Of a stretch of DNA of 34,503 bases, positions 8,038 to 16,102 are shown one piece after another. The stretch's first letter is position 1. The number at the start of each line of letters is the position of its first letter. The translations under genes and the position numbers were made by a program. The notes beneath the pieces are model-generated. The model did no database searches. It saw only the letters and a program-made list of their open reading frames with translations, and had not been told where the DNA came from. Source of the stretch: a virus; UHGV virus genome UHGV-0378206; one strand, 5' to 3'.

Positions 8038-9267
8038 TTAGGCCGCAATCGCTTTTAGCTTTTGAGCCTGAACATAGTTACTCCACCACTGCATGAGAAC
8101 CACTCGTTCTGCAAGATAATCTGCGCGATTATATGCGGCAATTATTTCATCTTTCTTCGAGTGAGCAAGGGCCGCTTCTAAGACATCTGTCCTGAACTTA
8201 CCCGACTCCTCTGAGGCCGTTCGTGCAATAGATCTCATTCCATGGGCTACAAGCTCTCCACCAAAGCCCATACGGATTATGGCCGCATTCGCTGTTTGTT
8301 CATGCATATGATTGAGTGGAGCTTTGATACTGGGGAAAACCCACTCTCTGTGCCCACTGATGGCTTTCATTGAATCCAAGACTCGCAAAGCTTCTTTGCT
8401 TAGTGGAACTTTGTGAGGCTTCTTCATTTTCATAAACTCAGCCGGGATGTTCCACATCGAGTTGTCAGTATCTATATCGGCCCATCTCGCACGAACGGCT
8501 TCCCCTGGACGAACCCAGGTCAGCAATTGCCATTCAATCAGCAATCTTGTCTCCATACGAACTGAGGCATTGTTTAACACCATTAGGAAGCGGGGTAACT
8601 CGGAAGGGGGTAATGCTGGCATATTCTGTTTTTTAGGCTTACTGAACCGTTGCCCAAGGTTGTCAGCCGGATTGAACTCGATAAGTTCTTCAGTCGCGGC
8701 CCAGCGAAAAATTTCATTTAATCGGGAAATGATTCGCCGTAAGGTTTCGAGGACTCCTCGTTGTTCAATAGGGTCGAGATGTTGCTTTAAGAGTTTGGGT
8801 CGGATCTCATTGATAGGAACCTTACCCAAGCCGGGAAATATATTTCTCTCCAAGCTTCGCCAGATGTCTTCTGCATGGTCTTGTGAGATACCAGAGGTCT
8901 TTACCTTCTCATCCAACCATTTCCTTGCCACGGCTTGGAGAGTGTGTTCAGTAGCATTCTTTAAGGCATTAGCTTTATCGTTGTTATGAACTTGGGGATC
9001 AATGCCATTAGCAAGCAAGGAAAGGTATTCATCTCGTAAGGCTCTGGCTCTTGCCAGTGTAAGGTGAGGATAGGTCCCAAGGCTCATTTTGGTTCTTTTT
9101 TTACTCACTGGCACTGCATACCTGAAATACCAATTCTTCTTTCCTCCTTTCGAGAGGGGAGCGATTCGTAGTATCAAACCATCTCCGTCAAACAAGTTGA
9201 TTTCTTTGTCGGCTGGCTTGGTGCTTTTGATTTCAGTGTCAGTGAGCTTCTTAGCGATTTTTGCCAT
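8038..9267 (-). CDS. intA: tyrosine integrase, IntA/P4 family (CP4-57-like)
   Basis: 'DIWRSLERNIFP' and C-terminal 'HGMRSIARTA...LAHS...AYNR' are integrase catalytic-domain features; sits next to the ssrA 3' fragment as in CP4-57; start at ATG 9267 (RBS 'gaggg'), alternative ATG at 9309. Confidence 0.85.
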   Translation of the reverse strand: MAKIAKKLTDTEIKSTKPADKEINLFDGDGLILRIAPLSKGGKKNWYFRYAVPVSKKRTKMSLGTYPHLTLARARALRDEYLSLLANGIDPQVHNNDKANALKNATEHTLQAVARKWLDEKVKTSGISQDHAEDIWRSLERNIFPGLGKVPINEIRPKLLKQHLDPIEQRGVLETLRRIISRLNEIFRWAATEELIEFNPADNLGQRFSKPKKQNMPALPPSELPRFLMVLNNASVRMETRLLIEWQLLTWVRPGEAVRARWADIDTDNSMWNIPAEFMKMKKPHKVPLSKEALRVLDSMKAISGHREWVFPSIKAPLNHMHEQTANAAIIRMGFGGELVAHGMRSIARTASEESGKFRTDVLEAALAHSKKDEIIAAYNRADYLAERVVLMQWWSNYVQAQKLKAIAA

Positions 9268-9364
9268 TTTGGGACCCTCGGTTTTTGGACCCTTCTTAGT
9301 GGGTCCCATTCAGGGTGCCATATGTGATAGTTCTCAGCAATTCTCACTGGACGACAATAGACGT

Positions 9365-9397
9365 AAAAAAGCCCGCAGAGCTTATGCTATGCGGGCT
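9365..9397 (-). terminator. intrinsic terminator downstream of the ssrA 3' fragment
   Basis: On the minus strand a GC stem 'gcccgca...tgcgggc' is followed by a run of six U. Confidence 0.6.
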
Positions 9398-9432
9398 TAG
9401 TAGACTTCATTGTACTTCAAACAACTAAAAAG

Positions 9433-9477
9433 TGGTGGAGCTGGCGGGAGTTGAACCCGCGTCCGAAATTCCTACAT
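9433..9477 (-). other. ssrA: 45-nt 3' end of tmRNA gene ssrA (att core / direct repeat); not an intact tmRNA gene
   Basis: Reverse complement reads 'atgtaggaatttcggacgcgggttcaactcccgccagctccacca', the acceptor/T-arm 3' terminus of enterobacterial tmRNA; flanking sequence does not continue into the tmRNA body. Confidence 0.8.
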
Positions 9478-9603
9478 ACTATTTTTAATACAATGAAAAC
9501 AGTAGTTTGCGTTTAAAAACAGTGTGTTACTATTATCCTGTGTTTATCCGTTTTACGCATTTTTAATGCTCTGCCGCCAAGTTGTCGCCAATTTTAGGCT
9601 AAC

Positions 9604-10617
9604 TTACGGTTGGCTGTTTTTAACATTCAAAAGAAAGTTCTTCCAAATTATTTGCAGTGAATTTTTATCTAAATCAATCTTATGAGGTTTGATGTTTTTT
9701 CCTTCATATATATTTTTGTAATAGCAATCGATAGCAAAATGAATAGTTAAATTATCTGGATGTATGGCTAGTAGACCTCGGTCAAGCAAGGCATGAAGGG
9801 TAGGTTCAAGAGGTATTCCATTGTTGGTTCTATGGTTTTGGGTCTGAGAAAATGGTTCAAGGTGACATGCCTGCAATACTGGGAGGTTGTAACCTGTTAT
9901 TGCGCATACATTTGAGAAGTTTTTTAGAACCCTTTTTTTAAAGTCAACCTGTTCGCCAGAGTCACGCTGTAATACTGTTTGCAGATGAGTATTGCCTTTT
10001 GTGACAACTGGTATACTAATTGTATCAGAGGGATTTATAAATATGACTGGCGGTAGAGTAGGTTCTAGAATGTTTTTTTGTCCAAGAAACTGCCTTGATA
10101 ATAATTCATCTTTAGCGATTTTTATTGCTTCACTTTTTGTTAATGAAAGGCATGCCAGATTATACGCATCTACATTGAAATATTTAGTTTCCCTGTTTAG
10201 CGTAATGGATGATATTTTTTTATCGTGTTCTGCTATTGGTATACCTTTTGTGACAGGATGCGAAATGCTTTCAAGCAGTGTTGTATTGCCATTTATTTCT
10301 TTATTAAACAATGAGGTAGGGTGTTCAATCATATTGCTATGCTTGGCGCGATAGTGCTCATATAGGCCATGAGCACTTTTGAAATTTTTCTTGCATATTA
10401 TACAGCTAACATTTCCTCCATTAATTTTTTTTGAATTTCTTTTTCTGGATTCAACAAGAGAGTTTGTTAGATCTTCTCTTAGTTTTAATATTCTGAGGTT
10501 GGTTGGGTTGTTTCCTCGTCTATATGGTAAGCTCTCAAGTCTATTTAACTCATTTTTGAGGTGTTGGTACTGTTTACGTGAAATTAAATTAGGTTTCATA
10601 TTTAAGATTAAGATCAC
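9604..10617 (-). CDS. C2H2 zinc-finger plus HNH_2-type nuclease domain protein (prophage cargo between att and int)
   Basis: 'CIICKKNFKSAHGLYEHYRAKH' (C2H2 finger); C-terminal 'CAITGYNLPVLQACHLEP...NNGIPLEPTLHALLDRGLLAIH' matches the HNH_2 signature; gene is AT-rich unlike the adjacent int. Confidence 0.65.
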   Translation of the reverse strand: MILILNMKPNLISRKQYQHLKNELNRLESLPYRRGNNPTNLRILKLREDLTNSLVESRKRNSKKINGGNVSCIICKKNFKSAHGLYEHYRAKHSNMIEHPTSLFNKEINGNTTLLESISHPVTKGIPIAEHDKKISSITLNRETKYFNVDAYNLACLSLTKSEAIKIAKDELLSRQFLGQKNILEPTLPPVIFINPSDTISIPVVTKGNTHLQTVLQRDSGEQVDFKKRVLKNFSNVCAITGYNLPVLQACHLEPFSQTQNHRTNNGIPLEPTLHALLDRGLLAIHPDNLTIHFAIDCYYKNIYEGKNIKPHKIDLDKNSLQIIWKNFLLNVKNSQP

Positions 10618-10639
10618 TTTTGTGTACTTACATTATAAG

Positions 10640-11671
10640 TTACATGTTATTCGACAAGTATATAAAGTTCAAAGGGTTTTTCGTTACTGCATCTTCCAGA
10701 TGGTCTGGAGAAAAATGGGCGTAAATCATCGTCATTTTTATATCGGCATGGCCCAAAATATCGCGCAGTACCAGTATGTTTCCGCCGTTCATCATGAAAT
10801 GGCTGGCGAATGTATGGCGTAGAACGTGGGTGCATTGTCCCTCTGGCAGTTCAATACCAGCTCGTTTTACTGCCCGTTCAAAGGCTTTTCTGCATGGGGT
10901 GAATAGCCTTCCTCTGTTTTTAGGGAGTTCGTTGTAAAGATCCTGAGATATTGGCACGGTACGGTTTTTCTTGCCCTTCGTCTTGGTATAAGTGATGCGG
11001 TATTTGGATAACTGATGGCCCTGCAGATTTTCTGCTTCACTCCACCGTGCGCCAGTAGCTAGGCATATTTTTGCAATCATTAGTAAGCTAGGGCTTTGAG
11101 ATTCAGCACATGCCGCCAACAGGCGCTTGATTTCGTCCGTGGAAAGAAAAGCCAGCTCACCTTCGGCAATTTTGAAGGTCGGAAGTCCTGCCAGCGGGTT
11201 TGGTGCTGACCAGTGTCCTAGTTTTTTTAATGTACCGAACACCGATGATAGATTGCGCTGTTCAAGGTTTACCGTGCGGGGCTTAACGGGCGACATAAGC
11301 GTGCCATCTTCATTTCGTATTTCACCTTTTAACCGTGCTTCGCGGTATTTCGTAAAGTCTCCGGCTGTCAGCTCAGAGGCGATGGGGTCGCCTAGACCAT
11401 TACAGATAATTCTAAGTTTCGCCATGAGGCGCTTGGGGTCTGCGAGTGTCTGACCATACAGGGAATACCAAAGCTCAATTAATTCTGATAGGCGTCGCCG
11501 ATCATCCTTTTCACCCAACCACGGTTTTTTATTCACTTCTTCCATTGTGAAGCTTTCAAACGCAATGGCTTCGCCTTTCGTGGCAAATTGCTTACGCACG
11601 CGCTTGCCATTGCGTCCATTGGGATAGCACTCACACAACCATTTTCCGTTCGGCTGTTTTCTGATGGTCAT
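10640..11671 (-). CDS. int: P2-type tyrosine integrase
   Basis: 'GRNGKR', 'RRLSEL', 'TGARWSEA', 'RTVPIS', 'HVLRHTFASHFMMNGG', 'LGH...MTMIYAHFSPDHLEDAV' match P2 Int signature blocks. Confidence 0.9.
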   Translation of the reverse strand: MTIRKQPNGKWLCECYPNGRNGKRVRKQFATKGEAIAFESFTMEEVNKKPWLGEKDDRRRLSELIELWYSLYGQTLADPKRLMAKLRIICNGLGDPIASELTAGDFTKYREARLKGEIRNEDGTLMSPVKPRTVNLEQRNLSSVFGTLKKLGHWSAPNPLAGLPTFKIAEGELAFLSTDEIKRLLAACAESQSPSLLMIAKICLATGARWSEAENLQGHQLSKYRITYTKTKGKKNRTVPISQDLYNELPKNRGRLFTPCRKAFERAVKRAGIELPEGQCTHVLRHTFASHFMMNGGNILVLRDILGHADIKMTMIYAHFSPDHLEDAVTKNPLNFIYLSNNM

Positions 11672-11672
11672 A

Positions 11673-12305
11673 TCAAAGGCTCTTAATGATTTTCAGTGCG
11701 CGGCCTACTACCTCAATGTCATCCAGATCGCACTCAAACGATGAATCATCCTGATGCACTACTAATTTGTTTCCCGGGAGTCGAGTCAATTTAACGATGC
11801 TTTTTATCCCGTCGATATCGACTAACCACATACCATTTACTGGTGGTGTTTGGTTGCGATCTATTAAATAAGAATCACCAGAAGTAGTCACCAGCAGTAG
11901 GTTGCTTGAGTCTGAGGGGAGTATGCTGCTATCAATGATTGCTTTTCCAGCATCGACCAATAAACCACCGTTGAGAGTCGCCTTGTCAATTTCAGGAGAT
12001 ACTAGTTCAGAAAGAGGTACAACCTTGCTGGAGTTCACGGAATTGATATTTTTTTTAGGTTCAATGTTTGGACCTGGATCCCCCTGTCCGGTGGTTAGCC
12101 ACAGTAAAGAAACTCCTGTTTCCAAGGCGCACTGAATCACCCACTCTGCAGGGAAACTATCTCTTAAGTATCTGTTTGCCATGGTGCTTTTTGATGCGCC
12201 TAAGTGATCGCAAAGTTGCTGTCTGGACTTGAAATCATAGGCTGCCATTAGTCTATGGATAGCCTCTCTTCCCCCTGTATTCTCTCCAACCTTTACCTGT
12301 ATCAT
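11673..12305 (-). CDS. cI: 186-type CI immunity repressor
   Basis: N-terminal HTH ('QCALETGVSLLWLTTGQG') and C-terminal 'WLVDIDGIKSIVKLTRLPGNKL...FECDLDDIEVVGR' resemble coliphage 186 CI; divergent from the cox/apl-like gene. Confidence 0.7.
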   Translation of the reverse strand: MIQVKVGENTGGREAIHRLMAAYDFKSRQQLCDHLGASKSTMANRYLRDSFPAEWVIQCALETGVSLLWLTTGQGDPGPNIEPKKNINSVNSSKVVPLSELVSPEIDKATLNGGLLVDAGKAIIDSSILPSDSSNLLLVTTSGDSYLIDRNQTPPVNGMWLVDIDGIKSIVKLTRLPGNKLVVHQDDSSFECDLDDIEVVGRALKIIKSL

Positions 12306-12317
12306 TTTTTAATCCTG

Positions 12318-12369
12318 TTGACGTATCAAATATTGGATCGTAGTATCTCGATGTATCAAATATTGAATC
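12318..12369 (+). promoter_or_regulatory. candidate early rightward promoter with two repeated operator-like sites
   Basis: -35 'ttgacg' (12318..12323), 17-nt spacer, -10 'tagtat' (12341..12346); 18-nt near-identical direct repeats 'gtatcaaatattggatcg' (12323..12340) and 'gtatcaaatattgaatca' (12352..12369), each with internal dyad symmetry. Confidence 0.4.
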
Positions 12370-12424
12370 AAGTAAAACGAGATAAAACGACGTAAACCAA
12401 ACCTTAATCGGGAGATACTGCACT

Positions 12425-12667
12425 ATGAGCACTGATATTTCAATTCGTGTACCAAAAGAGATGGCTACGCCTGCAGAGTTCGCGGAATGGGAAGGTATCT
12501 CCCGCGGCTCCGTGTATCAAAAAATTCACCATGGTCAGCTTGCTAAATACATGGTCAAGAAAGAAAAAAACAAAGGCCGCGTAAGCCTGCGTTATTTAAT
12601 GTACAAAACCGATCAGGTCCGTGAATCCCTCGGTCATTCCAACTTCCGCGTCATTGTTGGTAAGTAA
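12425..12667 (+). CDS. Cox/Apl-like small HTH regulator/excisionase (putative)
   Basis: 80-aa ORF first in the rightward early operon; HTH-like 'AEFAEWEGISRGSVYQKIHHGQL'; same position as P2 cox / 186 apl. Confidence 0.5.
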   Translation: MSTDISIRVPKEMATPAEFAEWEGISRGSVYQKIHHGQLAKYMVKKEKNKGRVSLRYLMYKTDQVRESLGHSNFRVIVGK

Positions 12668-12699
12668 GTTCAATTATGAGAACTTTCTAAGGGGGTAGC

Positions 12700-13209
12700 A
12701 TGTTTGATTATAAGATTTCCAAACACCCGCATTTTGATGAAGCCTGTAGAGCTTTTGCACTTCGTCACAATATGGCGAAGCTGGCAGAACGTGCAGGAAT
12801 GAATGTCCAGACTCTGCGAAACAAACTCAACCCAGATCAACCGCATCAGCTCAATGCGCCAGATATCTGGCTACTTACCGATCTGACGGAAGATTCAACG
12901 CTGGTAGACGGTTTTCTGGCACAGATTCACTGCCTGCCATGTGTACCGATTAATGAGGTGGCAAAAGAGAAACTGCCACATTACGTCATGAGTGCAACCG
13001 CAGAGATCGGGCGTGTTGCTGCAGGTGCGGTATCTGGCGATGTAAAAACCAGTGCAGGTCGTCGTGATGCTATCAGCAGCATTAACTCTGTTACACGACT
13101 GATGGCGTTAGCTGCTGTTTCATTGCAGGCCCGTTTACAGGTTAATCCTGCGATGGCAAGTGCAGTTGATACTGTAACTGGCCTCGGTGCTTCATTCGGT
13201 TTGCTGTGA
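12700..13209 (+). CDS. cII: phage CII-like regulatory protein (186 CII family)
   Basis: 'MFDYKISKHPHFDEACRAFALRHNMAKLAERAGM...LRNKLNPDQPH' resembles 186 CII; RBS 'aagggggtag'. Confidence 0.7.
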   Translation: MFDYKISKHPHFDEACRAFALRHNMAKLAERAGMNVQTLRNKLNPDQPHQLNAPDIWLLTDLTEDSTLVDGFLAQIHCLPCVPINEVAKEKLPHYVMSATAEIGRVAAGAVSGDVKTSAGRRDAISSINSVTRLMALAAVSLQARLQVNPAMASAVDTVTGLGASFGLL

Positions 13210-13216
13210 GGTGCTT

Positions 13217-13417
13217 ATGCTGACGAAAGAACCATCATTTGCATCGCTGCTGGTAAAACAAAGTCCGGCAATGCACTACGGTCACGGCTGGATCATGGGT
13301 GAGGATGGTAAACGCTGGCATCCGTGCCGTTCGCAAGATGAATTGCTGGCAGAACTATCAACGAAAAAACGGGGGAACCAATGGCTATTGAAGGCGCTGC
13401 GGCGACTGTTCCATTAA
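13217..13417 (+). CDS. hypothetical early phage protein
   Basis: ORF 13187..13417; preferred start ATG 13217 after RBS 'gaggtg'. Confidence 0.4.
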   Translation: MLTKEPSFASLLVKQSPAMHYGHGWIMGEDGKRWHPCRSQDELLAELSTKKRGNQWLLKALRRLFH

Positions 13418-13722
13418 GACCCGGTGAACGCCTGAATGGACTTAATCATATTGCGGAGTTAAGGGCGAAAGTTTTTGGCCTGAATATTGAGTCAGAGCTG
13501 GAGCGGTTTATTAAAGATATGCGTGATCCACGGGATATCAATAATGAACAAAATAAACGGGCACTGGCTGCCATATTCTTTATGGCAAAAATTCCAGCTG
13601 AACGTCATAGCATCAGCATTAATGAGCTGACCACTGACGAAAAGCGGGAGTTGATTAAAGCAATGAATCATTTTCGTGCAGTGGTGAGCTTATTTCCCAG
13701 ACGGTTAACCATGCCGAATTAA
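13381..13722 (+). CDS. hypothetical early phage protein
   Basis: 113-aa ORF in the early operon; function not recognised. Confidence 0.4.
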   Translation: MAIEGAAATVPLRPGERLNGLNHIAELRAKVFGLNIESELERFIKDMRDPRDINNEQNKRALAAIFFMAKIPAERHSISINELTTDEKRELIKAMNHFRAVVSLFPRRLTMPN

Positions 13723-13783
13723 CCAACTAATGAAATTAATGGCGTAAACCCGCCGGGCATCCCTTTATCTAAATTCAGGAGAA

Positions 13784-14023
13784 TTGATTATGCGTAATAT
13801 TGAAACCCTCACGACTAAAACCGGACCGGATGACGCAGGGCTTAATATTTTACTGACAGAGGCTCGTCTGGAAGAACGCCGGGCAAGGGCTGAAGCAATG
13901 GCAGCTCGCCTTGATAGTCTGGCGTGTCATATTACATCCCGCCAGCTAAACCACGTCGAAGCGGCAGAACTGCTGCGTGTGACTGCTGAAGCAATCCAGA
14001 ACGAAGCGCAGGAGATCCACTAA
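13784..14023 (+). CDS. hypothetical early phage protein
   Basis: 79-aa ORF with RBS 'caggag'; coiled-coil-like. Confidence 0.4.
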   Translation: MIMRNIETLTTKTGPDDAGLNILLTEARLEERRARAEAMAARLDSLACHITSRQLNHVEAAELLRVTAEAIQNEAQEIH

Positions 14024-14250
14024 TGGCTGATGCAATGGATCTCGTACAGCAGCGCGTTGAAGAAGAACGCCAGCGCCATATCCGTGCTGCCCGTGCCAAA
14101 ACACCGGGCGTGTCACGCGTACTTTGCATTGAATGTGAAGCGCCAATTCCGCCAGCACGACGCCGCGCCATTCCGGGAGTGCAGCTTTGCATTACCTGTC
14201 AGGAAATCGCAGAACTGAAAGGCAAACATTACAACGGAGGTGCTGTATGA
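14023..14250 (+). CDS. TraR/DksA-family C4 zinc-finger protein
   Basis: 'CIECEAPIP...CITCQE' four-Cys finger; typical small P2/186 early protein; stop overlaps the dam start (ATGA). Confidence 0.65.
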   Translation: MADAMDLVQQRVEEERQRHIRAARAKTPGVSRVLCIECEAPIPPARRRAIPGVQLCITCQEIAELKGKHYNGGAV

Positions 14251-15095
14251 GCACCATCCTGAAATGGGCGGGAAATAAAACGGCCATTATGGCAGAACTG
14301 AAAAAATACCTTCCTGCTGGCCCGCGACTGGTTGAACCTTTCGCGGGTTCCTGCGCAGTGATGATGGAGACGGATTACCCCAGCTATCTGGTTGCGGATA
14401 TTAATTCTGATTTAATCAACCTCTATAAAAAGGTTGCCGCTGATTGTGAATCGTTTATATCTCGCGCCAGAGTTTTATTTGAGAACGCAAACAGGGAGAT
14501 GGCTTATTACAACATAAGGCAGGAGTTTAATTACTCAACTGAAATTACTGATTTCATGAAAGCAGTATATTTCCTGTATCTCAATCGTCACGGTTACCGT
14601 GGTTTATGTCGCTATAACAAGAGCGGGCATTTCAACATTCCCTACGGTAATTATAAAAATCCGTATTTCCCTGAAAAAGAAATTCGTGCATTTGCAGAAA
14701 AAGCCCAGCGGGCAACATTTATCTGCGCCAGCTTCGATGAAACGCTGGCAATGTTGCACGCGGGGGATGTTGTGTATTGCGATCCGCCTTATGACGGTAC
14801 GTTTTCCGGTTATCACACTGACGGCTTCACTGAAGATGACCAGTATCACCTGGCATCCGTTCTTGAACATCGGTCATCAGAAGGACATCCGGTCATTGTT
14901 TCTAACAGTGACACATCCCTGATCCGTTCGCTGTATCGCAATTTCACTCACCACTACATCAAGGCAAAACGCAGCATTGGCGTGTCAGCTGGCGAGAGTA
15001 AATCTGCAACAGAAATCATTGCCACCAAATCAGCTGGGTGGTTTGGTGTCGATTTTGCCAGCGGCTCTGACCGTACCGTTGAGGTACGCGCATGA
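14247..15095 (+). CDS. dam: DNA adenine methyltransferase (Dam family)
   Basis: N-terminal 'LKWAGNK...EPFAGS' AdoMet-binding motif and 'DPPY' catalytic motif ('[10 protein letters not shown]'); ORF 14187..15095 with preferred start 14247. Confidence 0.85.
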   Translation: MSTILKWAGNKTAIMAELKKYLPAGPRLVEPFAGSCAVMMETDYPSYLVADINSDLINLYKKVAADCESFISRARVLFENANREMAYYNIRQEFNYSTEITDFMKAVYFLYLNRHGYRGLCRYNKSGHFNIPYGNYKNPYFPEKEIRAFAEKAQRATFICASFDETLAMLHAGDVVYCDPPYDGTFSGYHTDGFTEDDQYHLASVLEHRSSEGHPVIVSNSDTSLIRSLYRNFTHHYIKAKRSIGVSAGESKSATEIIATKSAGWFGVDFASGSDRTVEVRA

Positions 15096-16102
15096 ATGCT
15101 ATCGATCCGCGTTGCTTTGCCTCAGGCACAATTAACGTCATCACTACTTCTGGTGGCAAAGATAGTCTCGCTCAATGGCTAAGAGCCATTGAAAACGATG
15201 TTCCGCATATTTCTGTATTTGCCGATACGGGTCATGAACATCCACAGACAATAGAATATCTGGATTATCTGGAATCAAAGCTGGGCAAGATTATTCGCGT
15301 CAAAGCGGATTTCACACGCCAGATAGAAGGGAAACGTAAATTCATTGCGGAAAAGTGGCCCATTTCTCTCGTTGAGGAATGTGGTATGTCGACAGATGAG
15401 GCTGAGGAACGTATTTACCGGGCACTGGAAATCCTTAAACCAACCGGCGTTCCGTTTCTTGATTTGTGCATGTGGAAAGGTCGCTTCCCTTCAACAAAAG
15501 CTCGTTTCTGCACTTTTGAACTGAAACATGAACCAATACGTACACAGGTAATCGATCCAGCTCTGGATGAATACGATGAGGTAATAAGCTGGCAAGGAGT
15601 CCGGGGGCAGGAATCACCGGAACGTGCATTGTTGCCTGAGTGGGAGGACGATGCAGACAATACTCTGGGGCTGCATGTTTATCGTCCGATCCTTAATTGG
15701 CTGCATGAGGATGTGTTTGCTATTGCCAAACGTCATGGCATTAAGCCTAACCCCCTTTATATGCAGGGATGCAGTCGTGTCGGTTGTATGCCATGCATTC
15801 ATGCTCGCAAGTCAGAACTTGGAGAGATTTTCCAACGCTGGCCAGAAGAAATCCGCCGAGTGGCTGAGTGGGAAAGACTGGTTGCGGAATGTTCAAGACG
15901 TGGCAATTCAACGTTCTTTCAATCCACGCATGATCCGCGCCGTGCTGAAAAACGGATCGAAGTCATAACTGTTGATGCTTATGGCATTGAAACTTATCGG
16001 GACTGGGCCTTAACGACTCGGGGCGGTATGCAGTTTGACCTGCTGGCAGGCATGAATGATAAAGCGGTGTGCAGCAGTGTATATGCAGGAGTCTGTGAGT
16101 GA
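15092..16102 (+). CDS. PAPS-reductase-like (PP-loop ATP pyrophosphatase family) protein
   Basis: PP-loop 'TSGGKDS' near N-terminus; Cys cluster '[13 protein letters not shown]'; translationally coupled to dam and gene A. Confidence 0.7.
   Translation: MNAIDPRCFASGTINVITTSGGKDSLAQWLRAIENDVPHISVFADTGHEHPQTIEYLDYLESKLGKIIRVKADFTRQIEGKRKFIAEKWPISLVEECGMSTDEAEERIYRALEILKPTGVPFLDLCMWKGRFPSTKARFCTFELKHEPIRTQVIDPALDEYDEVISWQGVRGQESPERALLPEWEDDADNTLGLHVYRPILNWLHEDVFAIAKRHGIKPNPLYMQGCSRVGCMPCIHARKSELGEIFQRWPEEIRRVAEWERLVAECSRRGNSTFFQSTHDPRRAEKRIEVITVDAYGIETYRDWALTTRGGMQFDLLAGMNDKAVCSSVYAGVCE

Larger units (their letters stand above)
1..9477. mobile_element. AT-rich integrative island (partial; left boundary outside window) ending in an IntA-type integrase and an ssrA 3' att repeat
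   Basis: Integrase gene adjacent to a 45-nt tmRNA 3' fragment; the whole block is visibly AT-rich compared with the prophage backbone; genes are dense, unrelated and defence/TA-like. Confidence 0.6.

Noticed and set aside
9433-9477. Intact tmRNA (ssrA) gene
   Set aside because: Only the final 45 nt match; sequence 5' of it (towards 9478 onward on the minus strand) does not resemble the tmRNA body or tag-encoding region, so this is an att fragment.
10379-10835. ORFs 10379..10822 (+) and 10647..10835 (-) overlapping the 3' end of the P2-type int
   Set aside because: Overlap the integrase catalytic-domain coding region in other frames or strand; no independent support.
11673-12305. LexA-like S24 autopeptidase domain in the CI repressor ('SGDSY')
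   Set aside because: The overall C-terminal pattern fits the 186-type CI dimerisation domain better, and a separate LexA-controlled tum/DinI-like module is present, consistent with antirepressor-mediated rather than autocleavage induction.
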